Both the position numbers and the translations under genes were made by a program. DNA of 64,000 nt from Auanema rhodensis (lineage: Eukaryota; Animalia; Nematoda). The notes below the pieces were generated by a model that worked only from the letters and a program-made list of their open reading frames with translations, was not told where the DNA came from and did no database searches. The number at the start of each line of letters is the position of its first letter. The stretch's first letter is position 1. The stretch is from the NCBI GenBank assembly GCA_964057225.1, contig OZ059894.1:14942001-15006000 (forward strand), in the 5' to 3' direction. Below are positions 53,158 to 64,000 of this stretch, piece by piece.

Positions 53158-55375
53158 TCAATGTAATCTGGAAAAATAAAATTAGATATGAATATCACAT
53201 ATAAAAAACGAGAAAAGAGTGAATATCAATATCTTATCATTATTTTTATACAGTGTTAACCGAAAATAAGAAAAAAGGAATAGGATTGTTTCTTTTTTAA
53301 ATTAACAAAATTTTAAATTATCAGGTACGTTTCATTTTCTAATTTGCATGAAATACTAATATGGATCTGATCATTAGAGCCAACAAGAACCAGTAATTAT
53401 AAATGAAGATGAATACTAGGAAATCTTGCAAATATTTGCAGAAAATCCAGAAGACGATGCTTATGCTCAAAGATCTGTGCATCTAGTTATATTTAGAGCT
53501 AGTCAAGGCGAAGCTTTCTTTAGCCAATTGAAGCCACCCACACAATAAAAGTAGTTGAAACCTATGTTATATACTCTTTCAATGTTCTTGAAGTACTTAG
53601 ATCGGAATGATAGCATAGGATTGAGCTAGGAATAGAGCCAAGTTTAAAGGTTTTGGGAGAGTACAAACCAAAACGTTTTCAACTTTAAATGAGTTGGAAA
53701 GAAAATAATTATACGCATATTAAACGATATGACATTTATACCGTTTGAAATGAGATTGGGCTGTTTTATGAAAATGAATAATTGAGAATCATTGAGAGAA
53801 GAAAAAGAGAATAAGATGAAGAAATAAGAAGACAGTGTAGAGATATACAAACGAGAAAAGTTATAGAGCCGTTAAATCGTCATTGCTGTCGTTAAATCCG
53901 ACCTCAGTAGAGCCTGATCATTCACCGTAAACTACATAGTTGTCCTCGGCATCTTATGATCAACACATAGAAGGCCAATGTGCCTTCATTCACACATTGA
54001 ACACTACTGTCTGTACGAAAACGTATTTTCTCATCTGCTAATTATTGTTTCAGCTTGAGAAACAACAGGCATGTCAGATGGGTAGATCCTTTTCATGGAT
54101 CTGCTTGCCATCCGAAATTTGTAAAGTTTCAAAAAACATGAAAATAATAGAGGGCAGATGTAACATATTTTACGGTGATGATTCACATAAAATGACGTCA
54201 TTAGTCAGCTACTTAGGCCGACAGAAACGGTTGTTAGCATCATCGCTATCATCTGATGACGAGAGTTCAGGAAAAGAGGATAAAACAAAGTTTATAGTGG
54301 ACATTAAATTCCGTTTAAAAATATTCGATGATTTGAAGAAGTTCGTACAAGAAAATCTAGGCCCCCAAAACCACATTAGACTCAATGGTAATTGAAAAAA
54401 ATGTAGATGCTATGATCCAGAAACATTGTGACATTAACACAACTGGAAAGAAAAGGAAGAAACTTGAACACCTGGACCAAAGCATGGCCAGTCATAGTAG
54501 AGAACTTGTAAAATAATGAATATTCGCATAACAAAACATAAGAAAATCAAAATGTACGTGTCTACGAGAACCGGAGCAAACAATGTAATGCTTTGGGTAA
54601 ACGAATTTGAGTTTAAATTTCGGGACTCAATAACTTTATATATCGATTAACTTCATTTCCTTTTTTTGTCCAGGAATTCAGTTACATACGTCTCAAACAC
54701 TTTTGTACAGAAACGTTTATGGCTAAAAAAAGAAAACAATTTAATACAAAAATAACACAACGTCCAATCACAGAGCACTGGAGAAAGCTGCAAAAAATTC
54801 TTTCAACTCGTGATCAACGCGTTAGAATATTAGGAGAATAGCCTGGTAAGTAAGACAACATGCCTTCCGAATATGAAAACGTAACAAGAGCTCATCAGGT
54901 ATGTAAAATATAAAAACGACCTAAGATACTAGCCAAACAGCAAAAACTGGAACAAATAAAGGGCTAGAATCACAGAATTTGGAGAGGTAAAAACCACGAG
55001 GTCAAAGGTAAAACAAGTGAGACTAATGTAAAGCAAAACGATAGACAATATGGATGAATAAAAATGAATAACAGAAAACTTAAACAACATTCACAAGAAA
55101 ACTCGAAACAGGAAGAAATTTGGAAGGATTTCAAATTATTACATAGAAATCTACATTTTTCAAGTACAAACATTAGAATTATACGAACAGGAACGAGTGT
55201 GCTACCTTTCTGGTCTAGCACATATTTGACATGAAAATTATAAAAAAGTCCAAATTAAGAGAAAAATATAACGAAAACATTAGAAATCTAGTTTCGGCCC
55301 TCAAAGGGTCAAATATAAGAAGGTAAGGATAACAGAGAAAGAGATGAAAAAAAAGTTTTAGTCACCTCTGAGACC

Positions 55376-57160
55376 TTACTTAGGACTGATAGGCGACGAC
55401 GAAGTTGAGCCTGTATTTGGAGCATTGTGCGAAGAAGCAAATAGGTTAGGGAATGAATTGATAAGAGATGTCGCCGTCGGATATTGTAAGTTAGCAAGGT
55501 TCAGATCAGACAGTTGGAAGGATGCCAGGTTAGCTAATGCAGATTCCAAGAGTGCCGGACTAAATATAGGAAGAAAAGGATAACAATAGTATACAGGTTA
55601 AGCTTAGTATCAATACCTTACATAAGGAGAACAGTCAAATTGGGCAGGAGCATTCTTCAGATAAGATGGAGTCGTAGTCTGCAAGCAATCATGCTAAGAT
55701 GGAGATTAGTAAGAAATTCAGAATAACTGTTAGTAGAGTATTAGTAAACTTTAAAGAAACTCAGTCACCTGCACGTAAGTTGGAGCAGGGGTTGGACTAG
55801 ATGTTGGAGACACAAAAAGTTGTCCACGCATAGGAGACATGAGAGGGACAGGAGTAATGACTCGTCCGGAACCTGAACACAATTCCTCAGATCCCGTAGA
55901 AAGTGCGCCAGGAGGCATACCAATATTCGATTTATGATATGGTCTGTAAGTACCATTAATAATAGCTAATTCCATTAGTTGTTTTCTCTTAAGTTCATCG
56001 GTTCCCTCTGGCTAAAATCAAAAAATTATATATATATATGAAAGTTAAAAAACTAACAGCAGGTACTAAGAGTTTTTTAACATGGGTCATAGCAGCAGCC
56101 AATTTCATTCGGGCTCTATTTTCGGTATCTTCACACTGTAGAAGAACATGAAGATCGTCATCAAGATGCTCCCAGTTAGGACGTCCTCTGTTGGCTTCTT
56201 CCTTTAAAAAAATTATATACTATTTTAAATCATTAAACTCAAACCTTTCTTTTGTCTTTCATAGATCCCTTTCCGCGTACCATGATCTTGCAGCCAGTTT
56301 CTTGCTCCAGCTGTTTGGCAGTCATACCTCTTGGACCAAGAATACGTCCAACGAAGTTATACTGAAAATATACGAGATTAATTATTATAAGTAAATACAA
56401 AGCTTACATCAGGATAGTCACGGATAGGAACGTAAATCTTTTCCGTTACAGTAACAACTTCTCCTTTTGGCTCTGGAAGGTCCACTTCGTCGATAACAAA
56501 ATCAGTTTGGAAGAGAGCTACACGAACTCTTGCGATTTCTAAATAATTTTATAAAAATTCTCTAAATCTAAAATGACTCACCATCCTCTACCAAGCGGTC
56601 AGCATGTTGAAAAGCATTGGGAAACATTTCAAGCTGCTTTTTCTCTTTCACAAGGACAGCCAAATACTCCATAGAGCAATCCATATGGCTGGTTACTGGA
56701 GGAGAACCAGATTCTAGAGAGGGGGAACCTGGAATGATAGGATAAACATTATTTTCACAAACTGAATCAGACCAAGAAGGAGATCAGAAAACCTACGTTT
56801 TCCTTCACTTCCAATGCTTTTTAGGCGACCATTAGCTTCAGTAGCTGCAGATGATAGACGGCGTTGTCTTGGAGCCAACATTTGCCTCGGGTAAGAGGAG
56901 AGAGAAGGGAAAACCTGATAAAGTAAAGTTCAATTGAGTATAACTTGAACCCTGGAATTAAACATTCTGGTTAAAGAAAGAACGAAATCTACGTCCAAAA
57001 ATTTAATTCTTTCATAAGCAGACATTTGCGCTCTATTTGTAATGAAGCTTCGGAATAAAATAATAAAACGAACACTGTCGTCATTCCTAATGCTGGAAGA
57101 GTGATATCCCCGAAGAGGTGAGCCAACAGAAGATCGTTGATATGATGCACAGGACTGCAT
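55376..57160 (-). CDS. gld-1: STAR/KH RNA-binding translational repressor GLD-1
   Basis: QUA1 [24 protein letters not shown]; [46 protein letters not shown]; QUA2 [25 protein letters not shown]-terminal [15 protein letters not shown] is GLD-1-like. Confidence 0.93.
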
Positions 57161-57452
57161 ACCAACCTGTAATGATTATTTCCATGTTACTTAGCTCAAA
57201 AATTGTAATACGAGGACGCATATTAAAACCATGAATAACATGCTATCAATCAAACCACTTCTAGCATAGCTAGTAAAAAAGCATAAGTCACAAATAAGGT
57301 CACCTCTAGTTGTAGTAAATATTAAATGCTCACCAGTTTTTATTAGAAATATGACAGAAAGATCGGAAGAATACGACACGCCAACAAATGACTGATTACG
57401 GATATCCGCTGTCATCTACCGATTTTTCATGATCTACGCCTGATACAGGGTG

Positions 57453-57468
57453 TGGCGCCAATTTCAAA
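57453..57468. promoter_or_regulatory. Candidate E2F (TGGCGCCA) plus CHR-like (TTTCAAA) DREAM/germline promoter element upstream of gld-1
   Basis: TGGCGCCAATTTCAAA about 290 bp upstream of the gld-1 ATG; motif match only. Confidence 0.4.
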
Positions 57469-57635
57469 AATAGGAGCACAATTGTTCATATTGCATATAC
57501 ACCAAATCAAAGTCCATGTAAAACGAGCATTTTGTGCTTCACACCAAAGTACAATATAGTTCAAAAATGTTTATTGAATCAAATTTCGTAGCTTACTAAG
57601 TTATACATAGTCAAAACATACAAAATAAAATAAAA

Positions 57636-59214
57636 TCAAGAATAATTATGATATAACAGGATCCTGAATAAAAATATCTTTAAAATTTTCAGAAATAGCA
57701 TGTATATCGTTCTCGAAATTCTGAAATAGTTTAGCAATAAAGTAATAAGTCAGCTTTAAATTACCAATTTTTTGAAAGATAAAAGACTATCTCTTGAATA
57801 TGTATGAACAGAGGACTGACGATTATCAGCTACACAATATTTCTTCTTAATTAATGTATCAGTGATTCCATAACCATCTAAAATGAGCTTCAGTGAGAAA
57901 CAAATTACAAGAATATATTTACTAGTGCGTCCATTAACTACAACTACATTCAATGATTTCCGGAAACCTGTATTCAGCACACGAACATATTGCTCATGCT
58001 TGGACCAATCTCTAAGAACCTACGAAAGAAATTGCAATCAAAATAAAAAATATAGAATAAACAAGTATACCCCTCTAACTGTTGCATAAGATCCTACATC
58101 ATTTTTAAGCCAATTGACTCCTGATATAGTGCAAGGAATAACCTTCAAATAACCTCACTAAATTTTAAAATTTAAAAATACACTACGTACCAACGCAGGT
58201 AAATCAGTAAACCTTTCTACCATAGGCCAGCTCATACTACGATCATATTTAACAGTTTGCCCAATATCAATAAGATAAGCTTCTGTATTTGAAATACGTT
58301 GAGCTCGATGATGAAGGCCTTCATGACAGCAAATAAAGAAGTGGCCAATCTTCAAAATAGAAGAGGTGATTCAAAAAACATAGTAATATTCCAAATCAAC
58401 TGAATTCAGAACAAACCTTAACATCAGTGTCAATCTTAGACGCATTACTGTGGCAATAGTCCAATATCTGTTTCTGGAGCTTCTCATAGCTTTCATTGTT
58501 ACAGTTAGTTTCAATAATATGGAAAGCGAACTGTTCGCTTGGAGGATATGGGGAAGAAACAACTTTGGCCTAAAAACTTGATTACAATTGGCCAACCTAT
58601 TAACCTTACATCTATGGTAACACCAATAGGTAGATCTCTGAACACAATTTTAAAGTTAGAAGGTGGAGACTCCTTGAACTTTTCCGAGCTCTTAACCCTT
58701 TGAAGAGGAGTAGTAGTATTTTGATTAATAGGTGCAAGGACTCTTCTATAAATAATTTTTTCAACTAGGTCCCACAATAAAAATATTACTGTTCAGATTT
58801 TTTGGTAACAGCGCCACGTTCACGTACGTCAGATATCTGGAGAGCAAAAGTTCAAAGATAAGAGCAAGAACAAACGTACAGAGACAGTAACATTGTCGGA
58901 AATTCTCAATTTCTTTTTCATAACACGCTTTCTCACTTCATCAGAGCCTTCATATGTTAACATAGTGAGAAAACTGAATAAAATTGATATTGTTGCAAAA
59001 AATCAGAATAGTTTACCCATATTTAGTAGTAGAGTTTTGAGTGACGGGAATTCGAACATTGTCAACAGGTCCAAATTGAAGAAAACACCGGAAAAGATCC
59101 CACTAAAAACTTTTATCAAGAGAAATAAAATTAGATAAAACGAACATCACTAAAAGTGTTTGGAATATCTCTTATAAAAAATTCCTTTTCAGAAGAAGAT
59201 GTTGGAATGATCAT
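57636..59214 (-). CDS. tofu-6: RRM + Tudor + C-terminal eIF4E-binding motif protein, TOFU-6 (PETISCO/PICS piRNA biogenesis)
   Basis: RRM (EFFIRDIP..FLQFGPVDNVRIP..KYGFLTM); extended Tudor (LHHRAQRI..AYLIDIGQ..FTDLPAL..PCTISGV); YSRDSLL (YxxxxL-phi). The 3' end is either 57756 (read-through) or 57636 (extra exon NFENDIH..HNYS*). Confidence 0.78.
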
Positions 59215-59348
59215 CTAGAAGAAAACAAATTGTCACACTAATAATTATTTTATATATTTATATAAACATATATTATAATAATAAAAATTAGAACAAACGC
59301 AATGACAAGTAGAAATTAATTTTCAATTCTAAGATTTAAAAATAAAAT

Positions 59349-59356
59349 TTTCGCGC
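59349..59356. promoter_or_regulatory. Candidate E2F/EFL-1 site (TTTCGCGC) upstream of tofu-6
   Basis: Canonical TTTCGCGC about 135 bp upstream of the ATG; motif match only. Confidence 0.4.
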
Positions 59357-61495
59357 AAATGTTACGACCGATTGTCTACAGTAATCGTCAAGGCCGTAGC
59401 CTTTCAATGGTCCTTTGCGGCAAAACATTGTCAAATCATATCTTTTCAACAAATTAACTATATCTACCAGTGGACTAGAATTTGATTATATGTTAAGCTA
59501 ATATGAAGAATATTTTTCAATTTGTGTAATTTCCTTATGAATATAGCCACATTCTTTAAAGCTGCGATCGTTATTGTGTCTTTAAGATCTAGCTGGTATG
59601 TAGAAAACCGCGTAGTGTTAATTCCGAGTTTATTCTTATATCGAATAATTCATTTGGAACATAAGGTTTTTTTTAAAATTTATTTCATTATTCTGTTGGT
59701 GTAATAAATGCTAGAAAAAGAGTGCATAGTTTTGAAAAGCTGGCTTCTCCCCCCGCACAACGTGCGATAATCGTCGAATTTGTTTTTTAATTATTGACAA
59801 TCAGTCTTTCTTTTATTCTTTTTTTTGAAAGCCGCCCACACTCTCTGTCCACTCTGAACATTTTTCCTTAAATCAACGGAATTGTTTAAAAAGATACTGT
59901 ATCTGTTTCAGAAATTTTTGATTTCCCTATTTTTCGAACAGCATAAGTATCCAATAAGTTCTATTTTTTATTTTTAACAGTAAAAACTTGATTTTAAAGG
60001 GCATTTCCTCAGCATATGATACCAAAAGTGAATATTAGTCACGAAAATTATTGAGGTAAATAACTTCGGAAAGCATTAAACAATTGATTATTATGACTCA
60101 ATAATTAATGTAGTAAGACGTTTCTTTCATGTTAGCACAGTCATCGAGAAAACTCGTAGAATAACCAGGCCCAATTCTTAGCATAACAAGTTGTTAATTT
60201 TGACTTTTCGATTTAATTGACGGTCTTCCCATTATGAACGTTTTTAAAGCTGTTAGGCATCCCACACAGACACATATGAATCATTCTATACATAGAACAA
60301 ATTTATGTATTTTGTTATAACTTTTCAAGTTAGCGAACATGTACTAGGATAATGTTTGAATCAGAAAAACAGAAAATTTTAGAATAAACATAAAAAGGAT
60401 GTACACGTAAGTGTGCCACGTCAATTTCACGTGGCGTTAGCTGAATGGCCTTTCATTTAAAGCTTTCTTTAACGCGATGAGCGGTTGCAATGCAGATGTG
60501 TCTTGCAAGATATGGTTGAGGAAAATCACGTCTTCAGCAAACTTAACCAGTTTTGAGCTGTGCAGTGTCAGTTGTCTGGTTAGTAAATAGTGGGGGCGGT
60601 TAGTATATACAAGCGTGTGGGAGCTATTTATCATTTGAGATATGTTTGAATAATTTGATATCTCCCAACTACGGTTATCAGTCACCTTACTGCAATCTTA
60701 CATTGTTTTCTGAAGTAGTTCTGTTGTAACTGAAACGAACCTCAACAAGACCTAGCACCATAGATTTAAACTATGTCTTGACTTTGGTGCACATTTCATG
60801 TTACATCACTCCTCTTATTACTGTAGGTTTGATGGTTAAAAGGTCATAAATTTTACTATTGGTTAAACTAAGGTGCTCTTGATTGACTGCCCATCGAGAA
60901 ATATTCTATAGCAAAAATTACAAGATAGAATTACTCTTGTTATTAATTAAAAAACGTAAAGAGATGTAAGGAAAACGTGTTCTGGTCTTGAGAAGCCCTT
61001 CTTATTCGTCAAATACGAATTACGTTACGAAAATTGTTGTATCTATTGTCCGTAAGCTTTTTCAATATTTTTAAATATAATATATAGTTCAATAAACAAA
61101 TTAAAATAGTTTTTAAGTTTATTTTGATTTCAAAGTTTGAAATAACTAACAATTAATATAATAAGAGGAATAAAACAATGAAAAAACCAAATAAGGAAAA
61201 GAATAAATTAGATTAATATGATTGCAGTGTATATGATGCTTGACTATGCTAGAGATCACAATATAGAGCATATGACAGTGGAAACATTAGCTGAGATCAA
61301 AATTTCGACTAAGACATTCGTGTTGATCAATGAAGTAAAGTTCTAGGTGAGTTGAATTTTAAATTTCCTATAAGTAAGGTTGAACAAAACATTGATGTTG
61401 TCCTTTATCTCCGCTGTTATTTGTTTTCTGGAGAGAATATTCCTATTTCTTCTGTTTCGTTTCGAATAATAGTAGAAGCAGACGGCAGAATAGGA

Positions 61496-61895
61496 TTAAG
61501 TGAATGTTGCTAGCATAGAAAATATCTTTTGCACAGGTGCATTTGTAATTGAAGTTGAAGAATTGTTTGTGAATAGTCTAGAGTTTTGAGTAAGACTTGA
61601 ATTCGAAGACTTCATTTTGTAATTGTGAGCGATTTGGGCTCTCTTGATGGAATTGCGAACATCTGAAACATAAGTAATAAGAAAATGAGAAAATAAATAA
61701 ATAAATAAATAAATGAACTAAAACAAAAACAAAAAACTAACCTATAGTACTGTCTGGTAAAGACATCATGAAAGAATTAGATGTACTGAATTCTGGCATT
61801 TTGAAAGTATGGATAGAGTATATAGGTGAGCGCTCCAAAAGTTTAGAATGATAGAAATCAGCTTCACTTGGTGGAAGAGGAAATTCTGGAATCAT
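61496..61895 (-). CDS. Possible orphan two-exon gene (~106 aa, Ser-rich) or lncRNA
   Basis: Exon 61895-61742 (MIPEFPLPPSEADFYHSKLL..), GTTAGT..TTTCAG intron 61741-61663, exon 61662-61496 in frame. Upstream TATATATAG and GCCCCCGCCC boxes (~61998-62028). No recognisable domain. Confidence 0.4.
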
Positions 61896-64000
61896 TGTTT
61901 CCTTATGTGTGGTTACAGTAAGAGGAAATGAGAGAGTGGTTGAGAAGACCTAGTAGGTGTAGGCGCTGAAAGAAGAGACAGACTCTGATTGCTCCGCCTA
62001 TATATACTGATGTCGCATGGGCGGGGGCAAACCCACAAGATTTTTTTTGGTTATAATTTTTATTATATGAATAAAATAATAAACAAAATGAAGTGCTTGT
62101 TAACTAATTCAAAAAAGTGAACAATATCTAATGAGTTTAGTACTTTTTTTTGGATAAAAAGAACTTTTTTGCAATTATGTTGTCCTTGTAGTATTATTTT
62201 GTATTTAGAAGCTGTTCAATAGTAAAGTCAAGTGCAATGATGTTAGCTTCCAGGCTTATATTTTTTTGTTTTCCATCTTGATTTGAAAAAAATTTTTTTT
62301 TTCTCGGTATTTTCACTTTGTAGCACATTTAGTGACCATTATTGCAGGTCACAAAGACATTAGTCATCGTAGTTGACGAAAGTTTTCGCATAATCGGATG
62401 TTTGCAAAGGAAATATGACATCATCTGTATGTTTCCTTTTATATTCATTATGATATTCCGGTGGGAGCAAACCTTTTCCCAAGGAGTGAAGCTCTTTCAG
62501 GTAATTAAGTTTTCTTTATCAGTGAGATTAGAAATATGATAGTAGCTGGAATATTGACCTGTGTTTCCCCCTATAGATAGAACCCACGAATTTCGGTGCA
62601 AAAGCGTATTTCGCAATCGCGAAAAGGGTGGCGTTTTGGGTGCGGACGACTCGAAAAGACAGATCAGAATTCTTCCAATATGAATTATGATAACATTGCT
62701 TGCAGGAACTGCGTTTTCTAAAAGATGTTCGGTGTGCTGACTACAACGACGGGTTATGATAACGATAAGATGACGTAGGTGATGATGAAGGTTAGGGATC
62801 CAACGTCCATCAATATGATTCACAAGCAGTTCTCTTTGTTGATCGCGGAAGCTGGCTTCTCCGGCTCATCATCATCGTTTGGTTCCTTACACCTAACCGG
62901 CAAATAACAACCTGAAGTTGTCGCGGGAGATGGGTTGTTCTTCTGGTTATCAGCCAGCGTTCACCCACTCAGTGAGAGAGCACGCGTATCTCTGTTCTTT
63001 TTTTAAAAATCAAATGAAAGATGTAAAAGATCAATTAAGAATCGGCCATAGAAGAATCATTTCTTACTGGGTACAAGCAAATAATAAGCCCTATTTCATT
63101 AATCATTTCTTCTCTTACAAGAGTTCAACTATCTAATGTTGACATATTTTTGAGGTTGAGAACTTGTACTTTCACGTAAATTATAACAAAGATGAGAGTT
63201 ATAGTTATCATATTGTAATTAAACATCTTACAAACACCTCATACATCATACTGTATGTGTTGTACACAAACGGAACTATTATTATGTGGATCTTTCCAAA
63301 CTTTCAGCAGAAATATGTGTAGGGTTAGAAAGAAAAAAGAAAAAAAAAGATGAGAGTGAGGTATTTTAAATAGATTATGAAGAGAGTTGAAAAGGAGAAA
63401 GAGGGCGATGTTAATAAAGAAATTGCTCCATTGGCTTATCGTTACTTATCAAGATTTTTGATTATGCTGTGGAATGTGGAGAAATTAAAAATAGATATTA
63501 GCGATCCTGTTAACTATATTAAAATAATAATTATTCTAGATATGAAGTATTGCATTCCGAGCTGATTCATCATAAGCTCTTCAATTGATGTATGCTATTA
63601 AGCTCTATTTGAACACAGTACTCCTCCTAAAGGGGAAGGGGAGTTTCAATAAATTACTCATAGCTATTTCACTTTTTCCGTTTTAATCACCAAAATCATT
63701 TTGTGATGTTTTATTTTTTATGATGTTTGTAGTATCTTTTTCATGATGACTATAATCTTAATGCATGATATAACATTCAAACATTCAAATATTTGGTGGG
63801 GGAAATGATCTTAAGGTGATTATATTCTTTCTAGAATATACTGTTGAAAGTCGTTAGATCAGGAAGTAAATGTTCAATTGAGCACGTGTATAAAATAATT
63901 ATTTACATTCCAGATTATATTTGAAATCAGTTCTAGTTCTGCTAATTCGACTTGTGCTTCTGGTAGCTTCGATACGAATGGAAAGAGTCCAAAACACGAA

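Noticed and set aside
54045-54395. 116-aa plus-strand ORF between smoc-1 and gld-1
   Set aside because: Non-ATG start, no recognisable domain or supporting exon structure.
18648-59910. piRNA Ruby core motif CTGTTTCA (18648 minus, 41181, 59903)
   Set aside because: Three hits in 64 kb is about what composition predicts; no cluster.

Overview
AT-rich, intron-dense eukaryotic DNA with many ~45-55 nt GT-AG introns and TTTCAG-type acceptors. It is almost certainly from a rhabditid (clade V) nematode, judging by gld-1, tofu-6, smoc-1 and kel-8 orthologues. Genes rebuilt by hand-splicing, in order: ZFPL1 (5' part, -); KLHL8/kel-8 (+), whose probable first coding intron contains a same-strand THUMPD1; a type II membrane M1 aminopeptidase (+) whose 4-kb intron hosts an antisense secreted serine beta-lactamase-family gene with N-terminal W-ending repeats; a secreted PLA2-like protein (-); an arylsulfatase (-); an FGFR1OP2/SIKE-family gene (+); a peptide-type GPCR (-); smoc-1 (-); gld-1 (-); tofu-6 (-); and a possible orphan two-exon gene (-). 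The standout is a 3.5-kb Maverick/Polinton-derived element at 19449-22943. It has apparently identical 490-bp inverted arms, AG...CT ends and a target-site duplication. Each arm contains the same pseudogenised adenain-type protease. Its interior holds two different decayed protein-primed PolB fragments flanking a captured, intron-containing cellular-type cargo gene. This suggests a chimeric, non-autonomous, recently mobilised cargo-carrying Maverick derivative. All calls come from manual reading and recalled motifs; no database searches were run, and exon boundaries may be off by a few nt.
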